The notes under the pieces: generated by a model
What the model was told of the DNA's origin: nothing
Database searches by the model: none
Seen by the model: the letters and a program-made list of their open reading frames with translations, nothing else
Shown here: in pieces, positions 32,394 through 44,422 of the stretch
Layout: the number at the start of each line of letters is the position of its first letter
Position numbering within the stretch: the stretch's first letter is position 1
From: Gammaproteobacteria bacterium
Lineage (GTDB): Bacteria; Pseudomonadota; Gammaproteobacteria; UBA4575
Direction: 5' to 3'
DNA: 64,000 nucleotides
Assembly (NCBI GenBank): GCA_965243395.1
Contig: CBDEUS010000002.1
Coordinates: 1,152,001 to 1,216,000, forward strand
Position numbers and translations under genes: made by a program

Positions 32394-33290
32394 ATGTCTG
32401 TCGTTAAATATTACCCATTTAATGGCGCTCGCGGACGCTTACGTTTAGGCTTAAAGCAAATCAAGTTTTCAGAATGGCTACAATACGAATCTGATTATGC
32501 AAACAGGATTGGGCAAAAAAAACAACTTAAACAAACAGAAGGTAAACGTGTTTTAAATGTATTGCCTGAAAGCATATCTGCTCAGACAGAGTTTTTAGAA
32601 TTATTACTTGAGCATATTAATAAGTATCATTCAGATAATTTTAAAGTTTCAAAAGAATATGTATTTAGCAAGTTAGATAATATACGTTACTTGTATTCTG
32701 ACTATGAAGCCTGCCCGCTTGAGCTCGCAAGCTATTTGGTTGGTGATGATGTTTGTCTATTGAATGAAGAAGATGGAGATTATAGGTTGGCAGCAGCATC
32801 TGTGTGTGCTCCAACCTGGTGGGACTTGCCTGAAAAAATGGGTAAACCTCTTGCAAAAATTCATGCACCTATTGCTAATTTAGAAGAAAAAATAGGCCGG
32901 ATGATTCGACATTTCCTGCAAAAGTTAACAGTTGAAGACTGTTATCAACGTTCTAATTGGTTTCTATTCACAAGTTCTGAATTCTGTATATTTCCAAATA
33001 GTTTTGATTTTTACTCAGAAATGACTGGAATCAATTTGGATAATATCGAAAAAAATTTGTTTTTACGCAGTGAACGACAAACGTTTCGTAGGTTATATAA
33101 CACGAAATACATTTCTTTTTGTATTAAGGTTTATTTAGAGCCAATCTCTATTGTAAAGAAATATCCTTCTATTGCTGAAGATCTAATAATTGCATTGAAT
33201 ACAATGAGTGCCGAGCAGAAAAATGACTTGGGAATTAGTTTTGTTGAAGAACCATTAAGAAGTTATTTAAATGTAGCGCTTAAGTCCTAA
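32394..33290 (+). CDS. DUF3445 / heme-dependent oxidative N-demethylase alpha-subunit-like protein
   Basis: DDVCLL, LAAASVCAPTWW..EKMG..IHAP, RSNW and LRSERQTFRRL motifs. Confidence 0.82.
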   Translation: MSVVKYYPFNGARGRLRLGLKQIKFSEWLQYESDYANRIGQKKQLKQTEGKRVLNVLPESISAQTEFLELLLEHINKYHSDNFKVSKEYVFSKLDNIRYLYSDYEACPLELASYLVGDDVCLLNEEDGDYRLAAASVCAPTWWDLPEKMGKPLAKIHAPIANLEEKIGRMIRHFLQKLTVEDCYQRSNWFLFTSSEFCIFPNSFDFYSEMTGINLDNIEKNLFLRSERQTFRRLYNTKYISFCIKVYLEPISIVKKYPSIAEDLIIALNTMSAEQKNDLGISFVEEPLRSYLNVALKS

Positions 33291-33293
33291 GTA

Positions 33294-34625
33294 CTATATT
33301 GAATCACCTCGGCCAATTGCAAAATATTTCATTCCAAGTTGTTGCAATAGTTTTGGTTCATAAAGGTTTCGCCCATCAAAAATAACAGCGTTTGAGAGAG
33401 AAGATTTAATTTTATCAAAATTAGGGCTTCTAAATTCATTCCACTCAGTGATAATGACTAATGCATCTGCGGATTCTAATGTCTCTTCTTTTTCATCACA
33501 TAGGGTGAGTGCTGGGTGATCTCCATATATTCGTTTGCATTCATCCATGGCAACTGGATCATAAGCTTTAACTTTTGCGCCAGCTTCCCATAATGATTCC
33601 ATTAACACGCGGCTAGTAGCTTCCCGCATATCATCCGTGTTTGGTTTAAATGCTAATCCCCATAGTGCGATAACTTTATCTTTCAAGTCATTTTCAAAAT
33701 ATTTACTTATCTTGTTAAATAGAACATGTTTCTGATTTTGATTAACTTGGTCAACAGCTGATACTAAAGTTGATTCAATACCCGCTTCTTTAGCAATATG
33801 CTGCAAAGCGTTTACGTCTTTTGGAAAACAGGAGCCGCCATAGCCGCAACCCGGGTAAATAAATTGGTAACCAATACGCGGATCGGATCCAATACCTAGT
33901 CGTACTTCTTCAATATCTGCACCTAAACGTTCTGCAACATTTGCTAATTCATTCATAAAGCTGATTTTAGTGGCCAATAACGCATTTGCAGCATATTTGG
34001 TAAGTTCTGAAGATTCTGGTTCCATAATATGTAGGCGATCATGGCTACGGTTGAAAGGTGCATATAAAGCACGCATAAGTTCAGCAGTTCGCGGATTTTT
34101 AACACCGACAACAATACGGTCGGGTTTCATAAAGTCGTCAATTGCAGCACCTTCTTTCAGGAACTCTGGGTTAGAGACTACATCATATTCAATGGACTCA
34201 TTTCTTGTTTCTAATTCATTTTTAATTGCATCTGAGACTTTTCTTGCAGTTCCTACAGGTACAGTAGATTTATTAACAATGATTTTATATTCACTCATAC
34301 CTTGGCCGATGGTTTCGGCAACTTTCAGTACATGTTGTAAATCTGCAGAACCATCTTCATCGGGTGGAGTACCTACGGCAATAAATTGAAATAGGCCGTG
34401 CTCAATCCCTTCATTTGCATCCAATGTAAAATCAATACGTGTAGCTTCGACGTTTGATTGTATAAGTTCTTGTAAACCTGGTTCATGTATAGGAACGATA
34501 CACTGCTTTAGTTTCTCAATTCGTTCAGGGTCGATGTCCACGCAGAGTACATTGTTGCCGACTTGTGCCAGACATGCTGCTGTTACAAGGCCGACGTAAC
34601 CAGAGCCATATATTGTTATATTCAT
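33294..34625 (-). CDS. ugd: UDP-glucose 6-dehydrogenase
   Basis: [34 protein letters not shown] and DGRN. Confidence 0.96.
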   Translation of the reverse strand: MNITIYGSGYVGLVTAACLAQVGNNVLCVDIDPERIEKLKQCIVPIHEPGLQELIQSNVEATRIDFTLDANEGIEHGLFQFIAVGTPPDEDGSADLQHVLKVAETIGQGMSEYKIIVNKSTVPVGTARKVSDAIKNELETRNESIEYDVVSNPEFLKEGAAIDDFMKPDRIVVGVKNPRTAELMRALYAPFNRSHDRLHIMEPESSELTKYAANALLATKISFMNELANVAERLGADIEEVRLGIGSDPRIGYQFIYPGCGYGGSCFPKDVNALQHIAKEAGIESTLVSAVDQVNQNQKHVLFNKISKYFENDLKDKVIALWGLAFKPNTDDMREATSRVLMESLWEAGAKVKAYDPVAMDECKRIYGDHPALTLCDEKEETLESADALVIITEWNEFRSPNFDKIKSSLSNAVIFDGRNLYEPKLLQQLGMKYFAIGRGDSI

Positions 34626-34810
34626 ATAGGAAAATTAGTTTTAATTTGTATGTTTAAAGGTTAGATAAGTATTGTTATTCTAGGATTTCCGTGAACCAAT
34701 TGTTCGATACATCTAATACTCACTAACGTAATCGTTTTACGTGCATTTAACAATCGATTAAGGTACCAGCGTGTAATATTTGGGTTTGAACTATGCAGTC
34801 GGTCACAATA

Positions 34811-34840
34811 TTGACAGCTTGCAGAAGGGTCACGCACAAT
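34811..34840 (+). promoter_or_regulatory. sigma70 promoter of tRNA-Tyr/Gly
   Basis: TTGACA(34811)-18 bp-CACAAT(34835), 10 nt before tRNA-Tyr. Confidence 0.6.
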
Positions 34841-34850
34841 ATTTTATTCT

Positions 34851-34935
34851 GGAGGGGTGGCCGAGTGGTTAAAGGCGACGGACTGTAAATCCGTTCTCTC
34901 TGAGTACGCTGGTTCGAATCCAGCCCCCTCCACCA
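34851..34935 (+). tRNA. tRNA-Tyr(GTA)
   Basis: 85-nt class II cloverleaf, anticodon loop CTGTAAA, ends ACCA. Confidence 0.97.
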
Positions 34936-34992
34936 GACATACGCATGACTATTTTGCGTGAACAAAGTATGACAAAGTCACGCCTTACAAGT

Positions 34993-35066
<74 letters not shown>

Positions 35067-35271
35067 TGCCTCACAAGCTCTTTACTATTTCAATTTATTT
35101 AGGTTTCTCCAAAACATATGTAGGACTATGTTTCATCTCATATGGAAATATTGGTTTAGCACGTGAAAATATCAAAAAGTATCTTCCAAAAAGTTAATCT
35201 GCCTCTATCACAATAGTAAATATAGCTGCATCAACTAATTTCTGCGTTTACAATGCGCCCAATATTTATTT

Positions 35272-35347
35272 GCCCACATAGCTCAGTTGGTAGAGCACAT
35301 CCATGGTAAGGATGAGGTCATCAGTTCGATCCTGATTGTGGGCTCCA
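35272..35347 (+). tRNA. tRNA-Thr(GGT)
   Basis: GCCCACA...ATGGTAA...TGTGGGCTCCA, 76 nt. Preceded by TACAAT-GCGCCC at 35249. Confidence 0.97.
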
Positions 35348-35383
35348 CTAAAATTTTGCCAATTAGAATTGAGGTAAAAGAAA

Positions 35384-36574
<1,191 letters not shown>

Positions 36575-36725
36575 AGGTTAGATAAGTGGTTAAAAACTAT
36601 ACTGATTGTGATTTGGCCACTTATATTTAGGACTATCTCTTTTGAATAAGTAAAAATAGATTCTATCTAGGTTGAAAATCACGCTATAATTTCTTGTTTG
36701 GCGACTGCAAGGCATTGTCGGTTAA

Positions 36726-36801
36726 AGGCCAGTAGCTCAATTGGCAGAGCGGCGGTCTCCAAAACCGCAGGTTGGGGGTTCGATTCCCTCCTGGCCTGCC
36801 A
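36726..36801 (+). tRNA. tRNA-Trp(CCA)
   Basis: AGGCCAG...CTCCAAA...CTGGCCT-G-CCA, 76 nt, between tuf and secE. Confidence 0.97.
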
Positions 36802-36859
36802 AGTTGTGTGAAATCAAAGCGAAATTCACGAGTAAGCTCTACACGTAAAATATTTAGAA

Positions 36860-37228
36860 ATGACTGGAAAAGCTGAAGCAACAACTGCAAGCGGCATGGA
36901 TGTCTTTAAGCTGATCATAGCTGCTGCGATAGTGCTGGTAGGGCTTGCAGGTTTTTATGTGTATGCAGACCAACCACTGCTATATCGTGTGTTGGGGATT
37001 GTTGCAGCAGTAATTATTGCTGCAATTATTGCATTTACTACTGAACGTGGTCGCTCACTGGCAAGTTTTATGCAGGATGCGCGTACAGAAGTACGCAAAA
37101 TGGTTTGGCCTACACGGGCTGAAACATTGCAAACAACTCTTGTAGTGTTTGTAGTGGTTTTGTTACTGGCCATCTTTTTATGGATTATAGACTGGATACT
37201 AACGCGATTAATTCAATACGTAATTTGA
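36860..37228 (+). CDS. secE: preprotein translocase subunit SecE
   Basis: Three TM segments and [13 protein letters not shown]. Confidence 0.96.
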   Translation: MTGKAEATTASGMDVFKLIIAAAIVLVGLAGFYVYADQPLLYRVLGIVAAVIIAAIIAFTTERGRSLASFMQDARTEVRKMVWPTRAETLQTTLVVFVVVLLLAIFLWIIDWILTRLIQYVI

Positions 37229-37241
37229 TAAGAGTTTATTG

Positions 37242-37775
37242 ATGTCTATGCAATGGTATGTAGTGCATGCGTACTCTGGTTTTGAAAACCAAGTGCAACG
37301 CTCGTTAGCTGAAAGAATTGAGCGTTTTGGTATGCAAGAAAAGTTTGGTGAAATTATGGTGCCAGTTGAGGAAGTTGTAGAAATGCGAGAAGGCCAGAAA
37401 CGTCGCAGTGAACGAAAATTTTTTCCTGGTTACGTTTTAGTGAAAATGGAAATGGATGATGATAGCTGGCATTTAGTAAAAGATTGTCCAAAAGTTTTAG
37501 GGTTTATTGGCGGTTCATCAGACAAACCAGCGCCAATAAGTGAAGCTGAAGCGCAAAATATATTACAACGCATGCAAGAAGGTGTGGATGCGCCTAAACC
37601 TAAAGTCTTGTTTGAGCCTGGTGAAGTCGTACGCGTAACTGATGGGCCATTTAATGACTTTAATGGTGTAGTTGAAGAAGTTAACTATGAAAAGAGTCGC
37701 ATGCTTGTCGCAGTGCAAATATTTGGTCGATCAACACCGGTAGAACTTGAGTTTGGTCAGGTAGAGAAAGGCTAA
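37242..37775 (+). CDS. nusG: transcription termination/antitermination factor NusG
   Basis: [19 protein letters not shown] and KOW domain DGPFNDFNG. Confidence 0.98.
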   Translation: MSMQWYVVHAYSGFENQVQRSLAERIERFGMQEKFGEIMVPVEEVVEMREGQKRRSERKFFPGYVLVKMEMDDDSWHLVKDCPKVLGFIGGSSDKPAPISEAEAQNILQRMQEGVDAPKPKVLFEPGEVVRVTDGPFNDFNGVVEEVNYEKSRMLVAVQIFGRSTPVELEFGQVEKG

Positions 37776-37820
37776 AAATAATATATATAGATAAGAGTTG
37801 AATAGATAAAAGAGTAAAAA

Positions 37821-38252
37821 ATGGCAAAGAAAGTTGACGCATATATAAAGTTGCAAGTTCCTGCAAGTGATGCGAATCCGAGCCCACCTGTTGGTCCGGC
37901 TCTGGGCCAGCATGGCGTAAACATCATGGAATTTTGCAAAGCGTTTAATGCACAAACACAAAACTTAGAAAAAGGTATGCCTGTTCCTGTTGTTATTACT
38001 GTTTATAACGACAAGAGTTTTACTTTTATTACTAAAACCCCTCCTGCATCTATTTTGTTAAAGAAAGCTGCAGGTTTAAGCAAAGGTAGTGGTCGGCCTA
38101 ATACTGAGAAGGTTGGTAAAGTAAACCGTGCACAACTTGAAGAGATTGCTAAAACCAAAATGCCTGATATCACAGCAGCAGATATGGATGCGGCAGTACG
38201 CACGATTGCTGGAAGCGCACGTAGCATGGGTTTAGAAGTAGAAGGAGTTTAG
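37821..38252 (+). CDS. rplK: 50S ribosomal protein L11
   Basis: [21 protein letters not shown]. Confidence 0.99.
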   Translation: MAKKVDAYIKLQVPASDANPSPPVGPALGQHGVNIMEFCKAFNAQTQNLEKGMPVPVVITVYNDKSFTFITKTPPASILLKKAAGLSKGSGRPNTEKVGKVNRAQLEEIAKTKMPDITAADMDAAVRTIAGSARSMGLEVEGV

Positions 38253-38255
38253 ATA

Positions 38256-38948
38256 ATGGCTAAAGCGGGTAAAAATTATCGTGCTGCACTTGAAAAAGTT
38301 GATGCAGAAAAAGCTTATGCTCCTGTAGATGGAATTAACTTAGTAAAGGAATGTGCATCCGCAAAATTTAATGAATCTGTAGATGTATCGATTAACCTTG
38401 GCGTAGATCCAAGAAAGTCTGATCAAGTAGTCAGAGGTTCTACCGTATTGCCAAATGGTACCGGTAAAGATGTTCGAGTAGCTGTGTTTGCTGAAGGTGA
38501 TCAAGCTGAGGCTGCGAAAGCTGCGGGTGCTGATTTAGTTGGGCTAGAGGATTTGGCTGATCAAGTTAAAAAAGGTGAAATGGATTTTGATATTGCAATT
38601 GCTGCACCTGATGCAATGCGTGTAGTCGGTCAGTTAGGACAGATACTAGGCCCTAGAGGATTAATGCCAAATCCCAAAGTTGGAACGGTGTCTGCTGATG
38701 TGGCAGGTGCGGTAAAAAATGCTAAAGCTGGGCAAGTACAGTTTAAAACAGACAAAGGCGGTATCGTACATTGCTCAATTGGCAGTGTGCAGTTTGATGC
38801 ACCAAAGCTAGAAGAGAATTTAAAAGCACTCGTTGCAGATTTGGTTAAAGCTAAACCATCTTCAGCTAAAGGTGTTTATATAAAAAAGGTAACTGTTTCC
38901 TCAACCATGGGTGTTGGGGTTAATTTAGACCAATCAGCTTTAGTGTAA
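38256..38948 (+). CDS. rplA: 50S ribosomal protein L1
   Basis: [10 protein letters not shown] and [11 protein letters not shown]. Confidence 0.99.
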   Translation: MAKAGKNYRAALEKVDAEKAYAPVDGINLVKECASAKFNESVDVSINLGVDPRKSDQVVRGSTVLPNGTGKDVRVAVFAEGDQAEAAKAAGADLVGLEDLADQVKKGEMDFDIAIAAPDAMRVVGQLGQILGPRGLMPNPKVGTVSADVAGAVKNAKAGQVQFKTDKGGIVHCSIGSVQFDAPKLEENLKALVADLVKAKPSSAKGVYIKKVTVSSTMGVGVNLDQSALV

Positions 38949-39008
38949 AAACTACTGATTAGTTTTATAAGAATTGGGTGTTGTTTAAATAGTATTATTT
39001 AAATAACT

Positions 39009-39125
39009 GTCCAAGACCGTAGGTGCAACTTTTTAAAGGAGTTGCTTAATGAGAGAACTTAGCCTACGTAGACTGTGTATCCCAAATCAGGATCTTGTAC
39101 ATGATTTTCCTGGGTTGGTTGCACT
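39009..39125 (+). ncRNA. L10 leader (autogenous regulatory RNA)
   Basis: GTCCAAGACCGTAGG...TTAAT...GCCTACGTAGAC pattern in the rplA-rplJ spacer, as in the E. coli L10 leader. Confidence 0.8.
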
Positions 39126-39211
39126 TTAAGGGGAATGTATAAAAATTTTAATTTTTATGCATTCGTGTTTTTAAACACCTTGTGTGTATTGTTAACTCAG
39201 AGGACCCAATT

Positions 39212-39742
39212 GTGGCCTTACAACTTGAACAAAAGAAAACAATTGTTTCTGAAGTTTCGCAAGTTGCTGCAAATGCGCACTCTGCTATTGCAGCAGAGTA
39301 TCGTGGATTAACTGTAAGTGAGCTTACTGAATTACGTGCTAAAGCGCGTGAGACAGGGGTTTACTTAAAAGTTGTTAAAAATACATTAGCGAAACGTGCT
39401 TTAGAAGGCACGCCATATGAATGTATGCGTGATGGACTGGTTGGTCCACTTATGCTGGCGTTTTCGCAAGAAGATCCAGGCTCAGCCGCAAGACTTGTTA
39501 AGAACTTTGCAAAAGAAAACGATTTACTTGCAGTAAAAATGATCTCCATTGGTGGAGAGTTATTTGATGCTTCCGAATTAAGCAAGCTATCTAGCTTGCC
39601 TACTAAAGAACAAGGCATCAGCTTACTTATGGCAGTGATGAAAGCACCGATTGAAAAATTTGTGCGCACACTTAATGAACCTCATGCAAAACTGGTTCGT
39701 ACGATTGCTGCCGTCAGAGATCAAAAGCAGGCTGCGGGATAA
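39212..39742 (+). CDS. rplJ: 50S ribosomal protein L10
   Basis: GTG start at 39212 after GAGGA; YRGLTV, VVKNTL and LPT. Confidence 0.98.
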   Translation: MALQLEQKKTIVSEVSQVAANAHSAIAAEYRGLTVSELTELRAKARETGVYLKVVKNTLAKRALEGTPYECMRDGLVGPLMLAFSQEDPGSAARLVKNFAKENDLLAVKMISIGGELFDASELSKLSSLPTKEQGISLLMAVMKAPIEKFVRTLNEPHAKLVRTIAAVRDQKQAAG

Positions 39743-39801
39743 AAATTAGTTTAATTTTAATGTTACAAAATTGGGAATTTATTTTTAATTAGGAGTGAAA
39801 A

Positions 39802-40182
39802 ATGGCTGTTTCAAAAGAAGACATCCTTGAGACCATCTCGGAAATGAGTGTAATGGAAGTAGTGGATTTAATTTCTGCTATGGAAGAAAAATTTGGTGTG
39901 TCTGCTGCAGCAGCAGTAGCAGCAGCGCCTGCCGCTGCAGGAGATGCAGGTGGTGAAGCCGCAGCTGAGAAAGATGAATTTGATGTTGTAATGAGCAGTT
40001 TTGGTAGTAACAAAGTTGCTGTTATTAAAGTAGTTCGAGCGGTTACCGGACTTGGCTTGAAAGAAGCTAAGGAAATGGTTGAAGGAGCTCCTTCAACGAT
40101 CAAGGAAGCTGCAGCTAAAGACGAAGCAGAAGATATTAAGAAGCAATTGGAAGAAGCAGGCGCAGCCGTAGAGCTCAAGTAG
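39802..40182 (+). CDS. rplL: 50S ribosomal protein L7/L12
   Basis: [10 protein letters not shown] hinge and GLGLKEAK. Confidence 0.99.
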   Translation: MAVSKEDILETISEMSVMEVVDLISAMEEKFGVSAAAAVAAAPAAAGDAGGEAAAEKDEFDVVMSSFGSNKVAVIKVVRAVTGLGLKEAKEMVEGAPSTIKEAAAKDEAEDIKKQLEEAGAAVELK

Positions 40183-40285
40183 TTGCTACAAGCGTTGACA
40201 TTTAACTTAACCAAACAACGCATCTCTGCGTTGAGTGGTTCTTTGTGCATTTTGACATCTACTTTTATTACCGTGGAGTAATTTC

Positions 40286-43200
40286 ATGGCGTATAGCTAC
40301 ACCGAAAAGAAAAGAATTCGTAAAGATTTTGGTAAACGTCCAGAAATCTTAGGCGTTCCCTTCATGTTGCAAATTCAGTTGGCGTCTTATCGTCGATTTT
40401 TGCAAGAGGATGTTTCAGCAGATGATCGAGAAACGTCTGGTTTGCATGGCGCATTTAATTCCATTTTTCCAATCATTAGTTACTCAGGTAATGTTGAGTT
40501 GCAATATGTAAGTTACCGCTTAGAGCAACCTCCTTTCGAGGTTAAAGAATGTCAGTTACGTGGTCTTACGTATCATGCGCCGTTGAAAGTCTTATTGCGT
40601 TTAGTTATTTATGATAAAGACGCACCGGCAGGCTCTAAAAAAGTTAAAGATGTAAAAGAGCAAGAAGTTTATATGGGTGAATTGCCACTCATGACTGATA
40701 CGGGTGCATTTGTAATAAATGGAACTGAACGGGTTATTGTTTCGCAATTACATCGTTCTCCAGGTGTATTTTTCGATCACGATAAAGGTAAAACTCACTC
40801 ATCCGGTAAGTTATTGTACTCAGCAAGAGTGATTCCTTATCGTGGTTCTTGGTTGGATTTCGAATTTGATCATAAAGATTGTTTGTTTGTACGTATTGAC
40901 CGTCGTAGAAAATTACCTGCTTCGATTCTACTGCGCGCGCTTGGTTTTAGTACTGAAGAAATTCTTTCTATGTTTTTTGAAACCAATACAGTACGTATTA
41001 CCGATAGCGGTTTTATTCTAGATTTGATTCCAGAACGTTTGCGCGGTGAGATTGCGCCTTTTGAAATTAAAACTGGTGGGAAAACTATTGTTGAGGCAGG
41101 ACGCCGTATAACGGTGCGTCACGTTCGACAAATAGAAAAAGCGGGCATCAAAACTTTAGAAGTTCCTGTTGAATATCTACTTAATAAGTTTTTAGCAAAA
41201 GATTTAATAGACACAGAAACAGGTGAGTTAGTTTGTAAAGCAAATGATGAACTTACAGAAGAAAATATTGAAAAAATCTTAGAATCATCTGTAGAAGTGC
41301 TCGAATTGTTGTACACCAACGATATTGACAGAGGGCCTTATATATCTTCGACGTTGTCAATTGATCCTTCTACCAATGAATTGGAAGCGATGGTTGAGAT
41401 TTATCGCATGATGCGTCCAGGTGAACCACCAACAAAAGAAGCCGCTCAGAATTTATTCCAAAATTTATTCTTCACGCCTGAACGTTATGATTTATCTCCG
41501 GTTGGACGTATGAAATTTAACCGTCGAGTTGGTCGAGAAGAAAAAACCGGCTCGGGAATATTAAGCAATGATGACATTCTTGATGTCATGAAAACGCTTA
41601 TCGATATTCGCAATGGTAATGGCATCGTTGATGACATTGATCACTTAGGTAATCGACGTGTTCGCTGTGTGGGTGAAATGGCAGAAAATGCATTCCGCGT
41701 TGGCCTAGTACGTGTAGAACGTGCAGTTAAAGAGCGCTTAACCCTGGCAGAGTCTGAAGGATTAATGCCTCAAGAAATGATCAATGCAAAACCTGTTGCA
41801 GCGGCAATCAAAGAGTTTTTTGGTTCGAGTCAGTTGTCGCAATTTATGGATCAAAATAACCCATTGTCAGAGATCACTCATAAGAGACGAATTTCGGCAT
41901 TAGGGCCAGGTGGGTTAACTCGTGAACGTGCGGGCTTTGAAGTGCGCGATGTACATCCGACTCACTACGGTCGAGTTTGTCCTATCGAAACTCCTGAAGG
42001 ACCAAACATTGGTCTTATCAATTCACTCGCGATATTTGCGCGTACCAATGATTATGGCTTTTTAGAAACTCCTTATCGAAAAGTTGTAGATGGGAAAGTT
42101 ACTGATCAAATCGAATATCTTTCTGCGATTGAAGAAAGTCAGTTCACTATTGCGCAAGCAAACGCACCGTTAGACTCGAATGGGAAGTTTATTAATGAAT
42201 TAGTTTCTGTAAGACATCTAAATGAGTTTTCGATGGCTCCTTCGGAAAAAGTTGAATATATGGATGTGTCGCCTAAGCAAATTGTTTCGGTAGCGGCAGC
42301 TTTAATCCCATTCTTAGAACACGATGATGCAAACCGGGCGTTAATGGGTTCCAATATGCAACGTCAGGCCGTACCTACTTTACGTGCAGAAAAACCTTTA
42401 GTCGGAACCGGAATTGAAAGGGCTGTGGCCATTGATTCTGGTGCTGCATTAGTCTCACACCGTGGTGGTGTTGTGGATACTGTAGACGCGGGTCGAATCG
42501 TAGTTCGAGTGGATGATAAAGAAACTGAAGCCGGTGAACCGGGTGTCGATATTTATAATCTGACCAAATACATCCGTTCTAATCAAAACACCTGTATTAA
42601 TCAAAAACCACTGGTACGTCCCGGAGATGTAATTGCTCGCGGTGATGTATTAGCTGATGGGCCTTCGACTGATTTAGGTGAATTAGCTTTAGGTCAAAAT
42701 GCATTAGTCGCGTTTATGCCATGGAATGGTTATAACTTTGAGGACTCAATTCTTATTTCTGAGCGTGTTGTAGAAGAAGATCGTTTTACTACTATTCATA
42801 TTGAAGAACTTAGTTGTATTGCGCGTGACACAAAACTTGGTTCTGAGGAAGTTACTGCTGATATTCCTAACGTAAGTGAAAACTTGTTAGCCAAACTGGA
42901 TGATTCCGGAATTGTATATGTAGGTGCTGAAGTAAAACCTAGCGATATCCTAGTTGGTAAAGTTACCCCTAAAGGCGAAACACAACTTACACCTGAAGAA
43001 AAACTTCTTCGCGCAATCTTTGGTGAGAAAGCTTCTGATGTAAAAGATACTTCTTTACGTGTGCCATCTGGAATGGAGGGTACTGTAATTGATGTGCGTG
43101 TATTTACACGAGATGGAGTTGAAAAGGACAAACGTGCACTACAAATTGAAGAGGCTGAAGTAGAGCAAGTACGTAAAGACTTGAATGACCAGCTTCGTAT

Positions 43201-44368
43201 TTATGAAGACGATATCTATGCACGTATTGAACGCTTAATTACTAACAAAGTTACTAATGGTGGTCCCGATGGTTTGTCATCTGGTTCTAAGGTAACGAAA
43301 GCATATTTAGATAGTCTTGATCGCGAACGTTGGTTTGAAATTCGCATGCAAAATGAAGATGTGAATTCTCAACTCGAAAAACTTTCACAACAATTGAAAG
43401 ATCAACGTGAATCTTTTGATCAACGTTTATTAGAGAAGAAGGAAAAAATTACAGCTGGTGATGATTTAGCACCAGGTGTGCTTAAGATGGTCAAGGTTTA
43501 CTTAGCTGTCAAGCGCCGCATGCAGCCAGGTGACAAGATGGCAGGACGTCATGGAAACAAAGGTGTTGTGTCTATGATTGTGCCTGTAGAAGACATGCCA
43601 CATATGGAAGATGGGACGCCAGTAGATATCGTATTAAATCCATTAGGTGTGCCTTCGCGTATGAATGTAGGGCAAGTGCTTGAAGTACATTTAGGTTGGG
43701 CTGCTAAAGGCTTGGGTTTAAAAATTGACGGCATGTTGAATAAAGACGGAAGTGTGCAAGAGCTTCGCTCGTTTTTGGATGAACTTTATAACAAAGATGA
43801 AGGTATCTCCGTTGATCTCAATGAGTTTAATGACGATGAAATCCTGAACATGTCAAATAACTTGCGTAACGGTGTGCCAATGGCGACTCCAGTATTTGAT
43901 GGTGCACAAGAGTCAGAGATAAAGCGCATGTTAAAACTTGCTGATTTACCAGAAGATGGTCAAACACAGTTATGGGACGGCCGCACGGGTGATTCCTTTG
44001 AGCGAAAAGTAACCGTAGGTTATATGCATATGTTGAAACTCAATCATCTTGTTGATGACAAGATGCATGCGCGTTCAACAGGACCTTACAGTCTTGTTAC
44101 ACAGCAGCCTCTCGGTGGAAAAGCTCAGTTTGGTGGTCAGCGGTTTGGTGAAATGGAAGTGTGGGCACTTGAGGCCTACGGTGCATCTTATACATTGCAA
44201 GAAATGCTTACCGTTAAATCCGACGATGTAACCGGACGTAACAAGATGTACAAGAACATTGTTGATGGTAACCACAGTATGGATGCCGGCATGCCCGAGT
44301 CATTTAACGTTTTGATGAAAGAGATTCGTTCGTTAGGACTAAACATAGACTTTGAGCAGGAAACTTAA
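40286..44368 (+). CDS. rpoB: RNA polymerase beta subunit
   Basis: [24 protein letters not shown] and [12 protein letters not shown]. Confidence 0.99.
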   Translation: MAYSYTEKKRIRKDFGKRPEILGVPFMLQIQLASYRRFLQEDVSADDRETSGLHGAFNSIFPIISYSGNVELQYVSYRLEQPPFEVKECQLRGLTYHAPLKVLLRLVIYDKDAPAGSKKVKDVKEQEVYMGELPLMTDTGAFVINGTERVIVSQLHRSPGVFFDHDKGKTHSSGKLLYSARVIPYRGSWLDFEFDHKDCLFVRIDRRRKLPASILLRALGFSTEEILSMFFETNTVRITDSGFILDLIPERLRGEIAPFEIKTGGKTIVEAGRRITVRHVRQIEKAGIKTLEVPVEYLLNKFLAKDLIDTETGELVCKANDELTEENIEKILESSVEVLELLYTNDIDRGPYISSTLSIDPSTNELEAMVEIYRMMRPGEPPTKEAAQNLFQNLFFTPERYDLSPVGRMKFNRRVGREEKTGSGILSNDDILDVMKTLIDIRNGNGIVDDIDHLGNRRVRCVGEMAENAFRVGLVRVERAVKERLTLAESEGLMPQEMINAKPVAAAIKEFFGSSQLSQFMDQNNPLSEITHKRRISALGPGGLTRERAGFEVRDVHPTHYGRVCPIETPEGPNIGLINSLAIFARTNDYGFLETPYRKVVDGKVTDQIEYLSAIEESQFTIAQANAPLDSNGKFINELVSVRHLNEFSMAPSEKVEYMDVSPKQIVSVAAALIPFLEHDDANRALMGSNMQRQAVPTLRAEKPLVGTGIERAVAIDSGAALVSHRGGVVDTVDAGRIVVRVDDKETEAGEPGVDIYNLTKYIRSNQNTCINQKPLVRPGDVIARGDVLADGPSTDLGELALGQNALVAFMPWNGYNFEDSILISERVVEEDRFTTIHIEELSCIARDTKLGSEEVTADIPNVSENLLAKLDDSGIVYVGAEVKPSDILVGKVTPKGETQLTPEEKLLRAIFGEKASDVKDTSLRVPSGMEGTVIDVRVFTRDGVEKDKRALQIEEAEVEQVRKDLNDQLRIYEDDIYARIERLITNKVTNGGPDGLSSGSKVTKAYLDSLDRERWFEIRMQNEDVNSQLEKLSQQLKDQRESFDQRLLEKKEKITAGDDLAPGVLKMVKVYLAVKRRMQPGDKMAGRHGNKGVVSMIVPVEDMPHMEDGTPVDIVLNPLGVPSRMNVGQVLEVHLGWAAKGLGLKIDGMLNKDGSVQELRSFLDELYNKDEGISVDLNEFNDDEILNMSNNLRNGVPMATPVFDGAQESEIKRMLKLADLPEDGQTQLWDGRTGDSFERKVTVGYMHMLKLNHLVDDKMHARSTGPYSLVTQQPLGGKAQFGGQRFGEMEVWALEAYGASYTLQEMLTVKSDDVTGRNKMYKNIVDGNHSMDAGMPESFNVLMKEIRSLGLNIDFEQET

Positions 44369-44422
44369 AGACCTTAAAGAATATTACTTATTGCAAATGT
44401 AATCAGTTGAACTGGAGACATA

